From: a virus
DNA length: 64,000 nucleotides
Direction: 5' to 3' (one strand)
IMG/VR virus record: IMGVR_UViG_3300045988_095964
Shown: piece after piece, positions 55,003 to 62,563 of the stretch
Layout: each line of letters starts with the position of its first letter
Position numbering within the stretch: the first letter of the stretch is position 1
The notes under the pieces: generated by a model
The model's input: only the letters and a program-made list of their open reading frames with translations
What the model was told of the DNA's origin: nothing
Databases searched by the model: none
Position numbers and translations under genes: made by a program

Positions 55003-56028
55003 ATGCCGCACAAGAAAATTTCTACGGGGCTATTGAAGCGCAAACGTGTTTCCAAAGAACTGGTTCGACGAAACAATGTCGTTGTTACCAAGCCAACCTC
55101 CAAAACTTGCTGGGTTCCTATACCTAATTATGAGGGTATCTATGAAATCTCTGATAGTGGAAAGATACGTTCTGTGGAAAGAGATGTTGAGTACACTACT
55201 GGAAAAACTTGTCATTTACGTAGCCAATTATTAAGACCATCTATTGATAAAGATGGTTATTTAATAACACATCTTTATCGTGGGAATAAGACTGAAACTT
55301 ACAAGGTTCATCGTTTAGTAGCAACAGCCTTTATCCCTAATCCTAATGGGTACCCCGATGTAAATCATAAAGACGAGGATAAATCGAATAACGTAGTGTC
55401 TAATTTAGAGTGGTGTACTCGAAGATACAATGTTACTTATGGTAGTCGAGCCGACAAAGCGTCTGAAAAATTAACCAGATTTTTATATCAACGTTTTTCT
55501 TTGTCCGGAGAGTACATAGATACTCTTTCCCACAAAGAGCTTAAAAGTATGGGGTTCAATTTGGGTACTATATGGAGGTGTTCTATTGGTAAAGCAAATG
55601 TGTCCTCTGGGTTTCGATGGCATCGTATTCCTGTTGAGGATGCTCCTAAATTTAGGAATCCTCGTATTCGTAACGATGGCTCTGTGATTAATAGAGCAAC
55701 ATCTTCCGGAACGTGGAAAAGTTTCGAGCGAGTAGTCGCTAAATTTTTCGGGACCAAACGTGTTCCGTTATCCGGTAGTAACAGTGGACATAATACCAAT
55801 AGCGATTCCCTGCATCCTACATTGTATATTGAGTGTAAGGTTCGTCAGAAGTCCGCTGTATGGTCGTTGTTCAAAGATACCGAAGTAAAGGCCAAGTTCG
55901 AAAAGAAGATTCCGGTTGTCGCCATCAAACAAAAAGGCGAACAAGGCTACCTACTGGTTATCCGACCCGAAGATTTGGGTAAAATTCATACGATACAACA
56001 ATCTGTAACAGAAGCCGATGGGGTATAA
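55003..56028 (+). CDS. HNH homing endonuclease (NUMOD4 + HNH + NUMOD1-like) fused to a PD-(D/E)XK domain
   Basis: 'IPNYEGIYEISDSGKIRS', 'HRLVATAFIPNPNGYPDVNHKDEDKSNNVVSNLEW' and 'GFRWHRI'. The C-terminal 'SFERVVAKFFGTKRVPLSGSNSG..SDS..YIECK' is paralogous to the 47964 ORF. Confidence 0.85.
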   Translation: MPHKKISTGLLKRKRVSKELVRRNNVVVTKPTSKTCWVPIPNYEGIYEISDSGKIRSVERDVEYTTGKTCHLRSQLLRPSIDKDGYLITHLYRGNKTETYKVHRLVATAFIPNPNGYPDVNHKDEDKSNNVVSNLEWCTRRYNVTYGSRADKASEKLTRFLYQRFSLSGEYIDTLSHKELKSMGFNLGTIWRCSIGKANVSSGFRWHRIPVEDAPKFRNPRIRNDGSVINRATSSGTWKSFERVVAKFFGTKRVPLSGSNSGHNTNSDSLHPTLYIECKVRQKSAVWSLFKDTEVKAKFEKKIPVVAIKQKGEQGYLLVIRPEDLGKIHTIQQSVTEADGV

Positions 56029-56064
56029 CTCCGTGAGTGTCGGAGAAAATAACCTTTCCGATCT

Positions 56065-56095
56065 CTTGGAGTATTCGAGAAATTACCTATTTTTG
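56065..56095 (+). promoter_or_regulatory. Bacteroides-type promoter (-7 TATTTTTG)
   Basis: CTTG at 56065-56068, a 19-nt spacer, then TATTTTTG at 56088-56095. Confidence 0.45.
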
Positions 56096-56159
56096 TAGAG
56101 TTCAAAGTTACTTGGTAGTAGCGCAGGTTAACTGGTCGAAAACCTTTATCGGAGTATCT

Positions 56160-56444
56160 ATGGAAATTAACACGGAATCAAACACTGTAACTTTAAGGTG
56201 CAAATCATCGACCGACGCGAACAAACTTGCTGGAAGTATTCATTCTGCATTTCAGAATGACCCTGCCAAAAAGATACTGATTCGTGTTATCGGTGCAGGC
56301 GCACTCAACCAAGCGACGAAAGCCTGTATTTTGGCAAACAAGTTCTTTGCAAAGAAAGGAATCATCCTCGCTCTGCAACCCTCGTTCCAAACTATCGGCG
56401 AAATCACTGCGATTGAGCTAAAGGTTCTGTTTCTCAAAAATTAG
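56160..56444 (+). CDS. SpoVS-like (Alba-superfamily) protein
   Basis: 'LIRVIGAGALNQATKACILANKFFAKKG...ITAIELKV' matches the SpoVS signature 'IGAGA.NQA.KA.AIA'. Confidence 0.75.
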   Translation: MEINTESNTVTLRCKSSTDANKLAGSIHSAFQNDPAKKILIRVIGAGALNQATKACILANKFFAKKGIILALQPSFQTIGEITAIELKVLFLKN

Positions 56445-56452
56445 TCCTGCTT

Positions 56453-56483
56453 TTTGGAGATTCAGAATTTTTATCTACATTTG
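56453..56483 (+). promoter_or_regulatory. Bacteroides-type promoter (-33 TTTG, -7 TACATTTG)
   Basis: TTTG at 56453-56456, a 19-nt spacer, then TACATTTG at 56476-56483. Confidence 0.6.
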
Positions 56484-56556
56484 CAGTACCAGCGGTTTTA
56501 ACGGCTAATCGCTTTTTTATAAAAGAATACCTGCCGGACTTAAAAAACTTACCACT

Positions 56557-56682
56557 ATGGCAAGAACCGCAAGAACCGCCGCTACCGGAAGGGGCCGTGG
56601 TCGTGCCGCCGCCGCTCCCGCGCGTGGTGGTCGTAGAAGTGGAGGCCGTGGCCGTGCCGCCGCTACCGCTTCGAAGTCGTAA
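56557..56682 (+). CDS. Arg/Gly/Ala-rich 41-aa basic micro-protein
   Basis: 'MARTARTAATGRGRGRAAAAPARGGRRSGGRGRAAATASKS'. Bracketed by its own promoter and terminator. Locally GC-rich. Confidence 0.5.
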   Translation: MARTARTAATGRGRGRAAAAPARGGRRSGGRGRAAATASKS

Positions 56683-56701
56683 TCAAACCTGCGACGATTT
56701 T

Positions 56702-56737
56702 GAGGACCTACCGATTCGTTGGCAGGTCCTCTCTTTT
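56702..56737 (+). terminator. rho-independent terminator
   Basis: GAGGACCTACC / GGCAGGTCCTC stem (one mismatch), 8-nt loop, then TCTTTT. Confidence 0.65.
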
Positions 56738-56750
56738 AATAGGCATAAGT

Positions 56751-57479
56751 ATGGAAAAGAAGATTTTATTGTTTTCAGGTGGTTTTGATTCCATGTTGCA
56801 GGAGTGGTTGATTCGTCCGGATTTGCTCCTGTACGTAGATATGAAAACCTCCTACGCCGAACGCGAGATCGAAGCTCTCAAACGTTTACCTCCTTATTAC
56901 GTAGATCGGTTAAAGGTGATCGAGTTCCCTCTTGGTGAATACGAACGGGAGAACAAATACCTGCCCTACCGGAATCTTATTTTGGGGACGCTTGCCATGC
57001 AGTATGGGCAACACGTTTATTTCGGTTTCAACGAAGCTGACAACGCTCCCGATAAGGACGACGTATTTATTCGCAGACTGACTACTTTGTTCCGGCATCT
57101 GAACAAACACTGCATCGGCGACATGGGGTGGGAGAACACGCATTTCAGTTTCTCGGCGCCGTACAAACACCTAACCAAAACCGAGATGGTGGCGGAGTGT
57201 CTGAAACAAGGTATGCCCGTTGACTGGATTCAGAAAATCCGGTCCTGCTATGATTCTGCAAGTGAGATCGGTTGCGGTGTTTGCCGTCCGTGTCTTAACC
57301 GAGGGATCGCGTTAATCAATAACGGGATTTACGAACCGGAGTTGTTCGATACGCCTATCGACGAGGTTCGGTTGTGGAATCTTATGAAAGAAACCGCTTC
57401 CTACGACGGTGGCGATTATTCTGCGAAATACTATGCCGACATTAAAAAGGCGCACCGATTATTACGACAAAGAGGTTAA
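56751..57479 (+). CDS. queC: 7-cyano-7-deazaguanine synthase-like PP-loop ATPase
   Basis: 'KILLFSGGFDS', 'LPYRNLIL', 'FSAPY..LTKTEM' and 'SCYDSASEIGCGVCRPCLNR'. Confidence 0.8.
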   Translation: MEKKILLFSGGFDSMLQEWLIRPDLLLYVDMKTSYAEREIEALKRLPPYYVDRLKVIEFPLGEYERENKYLPYRNLILGTLAMQYGQHVYFGFNEADNAPDKDDVFIRRLTTLFRHLNKHCIGDMGWENTHFSFSAPYKHLTKTEMVAECLKQGMPVDWIQKIRSCYDSASEIGCGVCRPCLNRGIALINNGIYEPELFDTPIDEVRLWNLMKETASYDGGDYSAKYYADIKKAHRLLRQRG

Positions 57480-58371
57480 TCGAGCGGTTCTTTTTTTCTC
57501 CGCTTCCTCTACCGGCGACACTGAACAGTTGTTAGAGTTCGGTATTCGAGAGATTCTTGTGTCTTACTTCTATATGCGCAAGAGTTTACCGTATTACGAT
57601 GGAGTACTCGACAAACTGCACAAGGAGAAAGGTCTTTTTATGACGGACTCCGGGGCGTTCTCTTTTATGGCGTCCGGTGTCATCAAAGATGAGATGTATA
57701 CTGAAAAGTATTGGTTGCCTTACTTGGAGGAGTACGTTGACTGGCTGTGGAAGCATAAGGATAAAATCTTTGTCGCCGCGAATCTCGATCTGGACAAAAT
57801 TGTGGGTCGTGAAGTGGTCGATAAATGGAACCGAAAGTATTTCGAACCTCTCGAAAAGGCTGGTTTGCAGATCGTTTATGTGGCGCACGAAAACGACACT
57901 GACGATAAGCACGCTATAAAACATTTTGGACAGTACTGTAAACGATATAAGTATGTCGGGATTAACCAGTCTCAGAAAGAGTACGCTTCACATTTTTATC
58001 AAATGGCCAAGCATCATAATGTCCGTGTACACGGTTTTGCTTGGACTGAGATGAATATTGTAAAGCACTACCCATTCTTTTCTCTGGACTCTACGACGTG
58101 GCTTGGAGGTGTTCGGTATGGAACCACTTATGACTACGACGGTAAGAATTTTCGCACCATCGACTACAAGCATAAGTACATAAGAAAATCCCGGCGTTTG
58201 AAATATCGAAAAATTGGCGTATCTTTGGATGACGTTCTTGGTGAAGAAAAACGAAAACCGATTAACCGCATGAACTTGCTCGGTTGGATGGGCTTCCGTA
58301 AAGAGTTTCTCCGCATGGCGAATCTTAAACTCCACAACAGAACTGTTGCACACTATACACGAAAACCATGA
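57433..58371 (+). CDS. dpdA: DpdA-like DNA-guanine transglycosylase (TGT superfamily)
   Basis: 'REILVSYFY' and 'LFMTDSGAFSF'. Lies between queC and queE. The start is uncertain (GTG 57409 or ATG 57433). Confidence 0.6.
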   Translation: MPTLKRRTDYYDKEVNRAVLFFSASSTGDTEQLLEFGIREILVSYFYMRKSLPYYDGVLDKLHKEKGLFMTDSGAFSFMASGVIKDEMYTEKYWLPYLEEYVDWLWKHKDKIFVAANLDLDKIVGREVVDKWNRKYFEPLEKAGLQIVYVAHENDTDDKHAIKHFGQYCKRYKYVGINQSQKEYASHFYQMAKHHNVRVHGFAWTEMNIVKHYPFFSLDSTTWLGGVRYGTTYDYDGKNFRTIDYKHKYIRKSRRLKYRKIGVSLDDVLGEEKRKPINRMNLLGWMGFRKEFLRMANLKLHNRTVAHYTRKP

Positions 58372-59120
58372 GCGAAGACGTAACAAAAAAGCGTATTGCC
58401 GAAATTCGTGAGGCCGGTGAAGACTTTGACAAACTCAGAAAATGTCTTTGTCCGTTCTTTCAGAAAGGTGATTGCCCCGACTGTATCAGTTGCTTATGCG
58501 AGGATGACGATGTTCTCGAATGTAAGAAGTACTTTTTGGAACACATCAAAATCCATCCTATGGATGTTTGGTCTCCGGAGTTTGACGTCGTTAAGGTTCA
58601 ATCCCGTGAGAAAGTTTCCATTAACGAGACCATCGGTATCGGAATTAACTGTGACACTTGTTACATGTATGACAAGTGCCCTTTATACAAGATGGGGTAT
58701 GCTTGCGGGATCGACTGGGGTGACGGAAGACCCTCCACTCCCGAAGCATACTACGAGTTCTTGGTAAACACTCAGTATGAGCGTGTTAAGCGTGCATCGG
58801 TGTTTGAGAAAATCGACGGAGGTGTTCCCGACGCTAACCTTTCCGGTGAAATGGATCGGTTGTCCGGTTATATTCTCAGTCGGTTGGATTTGAACCGGGA
58901 ACGTCTGTCGGTGAATATCGAAGCTACTGGTTCGGCTTCCGGTAGTAGTGGCGGTGGTGGTATACTGGCCAAGTTATTCGGTGGCGGTGTGAGTGCTCCC
59001 GCAACGAAAGAGATTCCTGCCGAAACCGAAACCCGTAAGGATTTGATTACTGAGGCCGAAGTAGTAACTGAACCTGTAAAGGTTCCAAGACGACGAAGAA
59101 ATGTCGGTGACAGTGAGTAA
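58368..59120 (+). CDS. Cys-rich hypothetical protein in the deazaguanine operon
   Basis: ATGA coupling to dpdA. Cys clusters 'CLCPFFQKGDCPDCISCLCEDDDVLEC' and 'CDTCYMYDKCPLYKMGYAC'. Confidence 0.55.
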   Translation: MSEDVTKKRIAEIREAGEDFDKLRKCLCPFFQKGDCPDCISCLCEDDDVLECKKYFLEHIKIHPMDVWSPEFDVVKVQSREKVSINETIGIGINCDTCYMYDKCPLYKMGYACGIDWGDGRPSTPEAYYEFLVNTQYERVKRASVFEKIDGGVPDANLSGEMDRLSGYILSRLDLNRERLSVNIEATGSASGSSGGGGILAKLFGGGVSAPATKEIPAETETRKDLITEAEVVTEPVKVPRRRRNVGDSE

Positions 59121-59421
59121 ACATTTGCGAAAGGGTAAGAACAAGGTTTCTGCCGTGCGCCGTCACTACCGGAAAGGTAGTACCCATAAGACGGTTAAAG
59201 GCCGAAAGTACGTTTTCGTTGATGGCTTCTGGAAACACGACGATTACCCGAATGCTCCCAAAGCAGGTTGGTCTTATGAGCATCTTGTAAGGGAGCGTGC
59301 AAAATTACTCAATGACCTGCAAGACGGTCTTGAGAATCGTGATATTTTACCCCCGCGCAAATATGGGTTACTATCACGACGTATTCGTAAGATAAACCGA
59401 ATACTTAAAAATAAAAAGTAA
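59101..59421 (+). CDS. basic-hairpin-motif protein
   Basis: N-terminus 'VSKHLRKGKNKVSAVRRHYRKGS'. Confidence 0.5.
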   Translation: MSVTVSKHLRKGKNKVSAVRRHYRKGSTHKTVKGRKYVFVDGFWKHDDYPNAPKAGWSYEHLVRERAKLLNDLQDGLENRDILPPRKYGLLSRRIRKINRILKNKK

Positions 59422-59870
59422 TGGATGCGTTATTGAAATCATTAGTAGGTGCTCACATCGAGTATCGGAGCAGGACATCCGGTGAGGATTCCGCTTCGTG
59501 GGAGCGCGTACTCCGTAGCGAACGTAAGAAAATACAGGAGACCATCGAGATCGCCGAGCAATCCAGCACCACAGCTAAAATCATGCTGTACGTGGAGATG
59601 CTTAACTACTACCGGAATCAACCGTTCTACATGATGATCCGGAGCAGTATCGTACTGGGTCGAGTTAGGCCGCAGGTAATAAAATTACTATCGCGCCTTA
59701 ACTCTACGGAAAGGTGTTTCATGTTATCCGAAGCATTGAACAAGGGTCCCAAAGACCCCGACCGAAAGACATACGTAGCTACTGCTTCGTTTATGCTCCG
59801 GACTTACGAGAGACACCTGCCCGCATTACGGAAATTTCTGACCTCGGAAGAACTTTTAACTTGTGTGTAG
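59421..59870 (+). CDS. hypothetical helical protein in the deazaguanine operon
   Basis: TAATG coupling. 149 aa. Confidence 0.5.
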   Translation: MDALLKSLVGAHIEYRSRTSGEDSASWERVLRSERKKIQETIEIAEQSSTTAKIMLYVEMLNYYRNQPFYMMIRSSIVLGRVRPQVIKLLSRLNSTERCFMLSEALNKGPKDPDRKTYVATASFMLRTYERHLPALRKFLTSEELLTCV

Positions 59871-59871
59871 T

Positions 59872-60570
59872 ATGTACAGAGTCAACACCATTTACCCCGC
59901 ATTTATGGGGGAACAAAACAAATTCGGCATTGGCCGTAGATGTGTGTTCGTTCGTTTCAGTGGATGTAATATCCGCTGTTACGAAAAAACTATGGGCATC
60001 ACTTGTGACACTCCCGAAGCCTTGTGCGGAAAGAGTGGTGTTGGTATGAGTACTGCCGAGATCGTCGATACACTTCGGGAATATAACATTCGGACTATCT
60101 GCCTAACTGGTGGGGAGCCGCTTATGCAAAATCCCGTTGAACTACTGGAGGAGCTTAGTCGAGAAGGTTACAGTGTGGTTGTAGAGACCAACGGAACCAT
60201 CTCGGTGGCTCCTTTTGTGCATATACGCAATGTCAGCTTCGTTGTTGACTACAAGGCGCCGAGTGCCGGGGTAAGGTCTTTCGAGTTGGACAACTTTAAG
60301 TATCTGCGTCGGGACGATTACCTCAAATTCGTCATTTACGACGACGAAGATTACGAGGATATGAAGCGTATCTGCGATATGATGAAAGGAAAAGTAAATC
60401 TTGTTGCCGGCTTATTTTGGGGAGCGAAAATAGGCTACGTCGAACTCACTAACCGTATCTTGCGCGACAGATTACCGCTGAACCTCAATATGCAGGTTCA
60501 CAAGATGATGGTACTCTATGACGAGTACCCGGAGGCAGTCAGAACATTGAATGTCCCCAAAGAGTTGTAA
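59872..60570 (+). CDS. queE: 7-carboxy-7-deazaguanine synthase (radical SAM)
   Basis: 'RRCVFVRFSGCNIRCY', 'CDTPEA' and 'CLTGGEPL'. Confidence 0.85.
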   Translation: MYRVNTIYPAFMGEQNKFGIGRRCVFVRFSGCNIRCYEKTMGITCDTPEALCGKSGVGMSTAEIVDTLREYNIRTICLTGGEPLMQNPVELLEELSREGYSVVVETNGTISVAPFVHIRNVSFVVDYKAPSAGVRSFELDNFKYLRRDDYLKFVIYDDEDYEDMKRICDMMKGKVNLVAGLFWGAKIGYVELTNRILRDRLPLNLNMQVHKMMVLYDEYPEAVRTLNVPKEL

Positions 60571-60593
60571 CGTGTAACTTAATCAGATTTACG

Positions 60594-61214
60594 ATGAAGA
60601 AGAACGCATTGATTCTTAGCGAATCGGACAAGACCACGATGTATTTGGTGGGTTGCGACGAAGGTGATGTCACCAACTACGCAAATATGATGGGGGCCAA
60701 ACCGGGCAGTCTCTATCTCGACAAACTCAACAAGAGCTTCTCGCACAAAGTCGCCGACGAGGGCAAGGCTTCCGACTGGGTACACCTTATCGGGTCCGCT
60801 CCTACGATGCCTGCGGTGTTTGCCATGACCGGCAACACGATGTACCTCGGAAAGCAGGCCGCTGATCTGCAATCTCACATTAAGATCGGCACCGACAACA
60901 AGGTTACGGGCAATCTCAAATTTGTCCGGAAGTTCGTAGAGTTCAACACCGCGGTCAAAGAGGAGCAGTCCGGACATTACCTGTTTCTGTACCTCCCGCT
61001 TGCCCGTGACTTCGAGGTTCTGAAAACTCAGACGGTCGAAGTTCAGGTCGATTCCAAAACGGCCAAGACGTTTCCGCCCGAAGGATATGGTCTGCCGCTT
61101 ATCGTCCGCATTACGGAGAATACGCAGTCGATCAAACTGACGGTAAAAACCGGATCAGCTACTACGACCCGAACGCTCGATGTATCGGGTTTGAAACTGC
61201 AAAAGAAGCTGTAA
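60594..61214 (+). CDS. hypothetical (probably structural) protein
   Basis: 206-aa ORF at the head of the fibre cluster. Confidence 0.45.
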   Translation: MKKNALILSESDKTTMYLVGCDEGDVTNYANMMGAKPGSLYLDKLNKSFSHKVADEGKASDWVHLIGSAPTMPAVFAMTGNTMYLGKQAADLQSHIKIGTDNKVTGNLKFVRKFVEFNTAVKEEQSGHYLFLYLPLARDFEVLKTQTVEVQVDSKTAKTFPPEGYGLPLIVRITENTQSIKLTVKTGSATTTRTLDVSGLKLQKKL

Positions 61215-61217
61215 CGT

Positions 61218-61613
61218 ATGGCCTCGCTTATTCAGTTACGCGGAGATACTGCCGAGAACTGGGACTTATACGATCCCGTTCTTCGAGAGAAGGAACCTAT
61301 CATTGTTTACGATCTTGACGAGGTAACCATTCTCGGTTTCAAAATCGGAAACGGTGTAGATTCCTATTCCAAATTACCCTTACTTGAAGTGGGTGGCGGC
61401 AGTGCAAAGGGTGCTGTACGCTTTGACGAGGACCAACAGTTAAGTGAGGACGAACAAAAGACTGCCCGCGGTAATATTTCCGCTTTGGGTAGTGAACAGG
61501 CAGTAGTGTCACAAACGGTACGAGGTATCGAAATAGTGACCCAAGAGGCTCCTATGAAACAAGACGACATAATTTATATCGAGGTACTTCCGGTGGAAGA
61601 AAATGCAGGTTAA
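61218..61613 (+). CDS. tail-fibre protein with Mtd/HylP-like N-terminal motif
   Basis: 'IQLRGDTAENWDLYDPVLREKEPI...KIGNGVDSYSKLP'. Confidence 0.6.
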   Translation: MASLIQLRGDTAENWDLYDPVLREKEPIIVYDLDEVTILGFKIGNGVDSYSKLPLLEVGGGSAKGAVRFDEDQQLSEDEQKTARGNISALGSEQAVVSQTVRGIEIVTQEAPMKQDDIIYIEVLPVEENAG

Positions 61614-61616
61614 TCC

Positions 61617-61904
61617 ATGCCCACCTTAGACCAAATATTGCAGGCTATCGCCTATGATGCGGCCATTCTTGTAGATGGTACGGTGAATAAGATTTCCCGT
61701 GTTATCTACAATGGCCGTATTATTTGGCCCGTACAGAATACCGGCGAATCCATAAAACGAGTAATTTTTAATGGTAGGATTCTTTGGGAGGTCAAAGAAA
61801 TTCCTTATCTTTCGCTGGAAAAAGAGTACGTATGGCTCGACGAGTACAATGACTGGTTTAACACCAATCAGGTACTTACAAATACTTCATTTTACATTAA
61901 CTAA
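61617..61904 (+). CDS. hypothetical protein with internal duplication
   Basis: 'ISRVIYNGRIIWPV' and 'IKRVIFNGRILWEV'. Confidence 0.5.
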   Translation: MPTLDQILQAIAYDAAILVDGTVNKISRVIYNGRIIWPVQNTGESIKRVIFNGRILWEVKEIPYLSLEKEYVWLDEYNDWFNTNQVLTNTSFYIN

Positions 61905-61916
61905 AACTTTTAACAC

Positions 61917-62543
61917 ATGGCAGACGTAACAAAAGGTTATGTAGTCGTTTCTCCGGGTTCCGGTTCGGGAAATACTACGTTATCCGTAAAAGCCAAGACG
62001 CCCAATTAGGGCAACCGTGTTGCGCAGAATCAACAGTTTTCGGTTCCTGCTCCGGGTGTCACTCCCGACAAAACGTTCACTGCGATTCTGAAAGCCGCCG
62101 CAGAATTCGTAACTTTCGATGACGGTGGCGAAATGGCCGTCAGTAAATCCGGAGGTCAGATTATCATTACCGGTAAGTCCAACTCCGACAAGCTGACGTT
62201 TTCGAAAGGAGCCGGTGAGATCATTCCTGCCGACATTTCCAAGGTCACCTATCAGGCTAACGGAGCTACCGCTACGTCGGGTACTGCCATTGCTGGCGAC
62301 CCCGGTGCTACGGCTAAATTCGATTTTGCCCTTACGCTGACTGCGGACGAAAACGAAACTATCACCGAACGCACGCAACAGATCATCGTCAACACTACGG
62401 GTAACAAGACCGCGACGATTTCGCTGAAACAGGCCGCCGGCGACGCTTACTTAACCCTCAGTGCAACTACTGTTGAGGTTGAACAGGATGGCTCCGCTTC
62501 GACCATTCAGGTTAACACCAACACCACGTTTACCGTGAAGTAA
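61917..62543 (+). CDS. two-domain BACON/Ig-like protein interrupted by an in-frame TAG (62007..62009)
   Basis: ATG 61917 is in frame with track ORF 62133..62543. The single TAG is the only stop. The motif 'TPN*GNR' parallels 'DPNYTGKQR' in the next ORF. Confidence 0.5.
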
Positions 62544-62554
62544 CACACAATCAC

Positions 62555-62563
62555 GGGGGGGGG
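62555..62563 (+). repeat. G9 homopolymer
   Basis: Nine consecutive G in the 60-nt spacer between the two BACON-like ORFs. Confidence 0.95.

Noticed and set aside
56597-56788. 63-aa ORF 'MVVPPPLPRVVVVEVEAV...'
   Set aside because: It is an alternative frame of the GC-rich Arg/Gly micro-ORF and runs through the terminator hairpin and the queC start. The composition is implausible.
61218-61613. Diversity-generating retroelement, suggested by the Mtd-like N-terminal motif
   Set aside because: No reverse transcriptase and no template/variable repeat pair were recognised in the window. The motif is common in fibre N-termini.
62007-62009. Genome-wide TAG stop-codon reassignment, as in some gut phages
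   Set aside because: TAG is used as a bona fide terminator for many well-defined genes here (3275, 3569, 5754, 8421, 10899, 11639, 62904). The only tRNA in the window reads AGA, not UAG.
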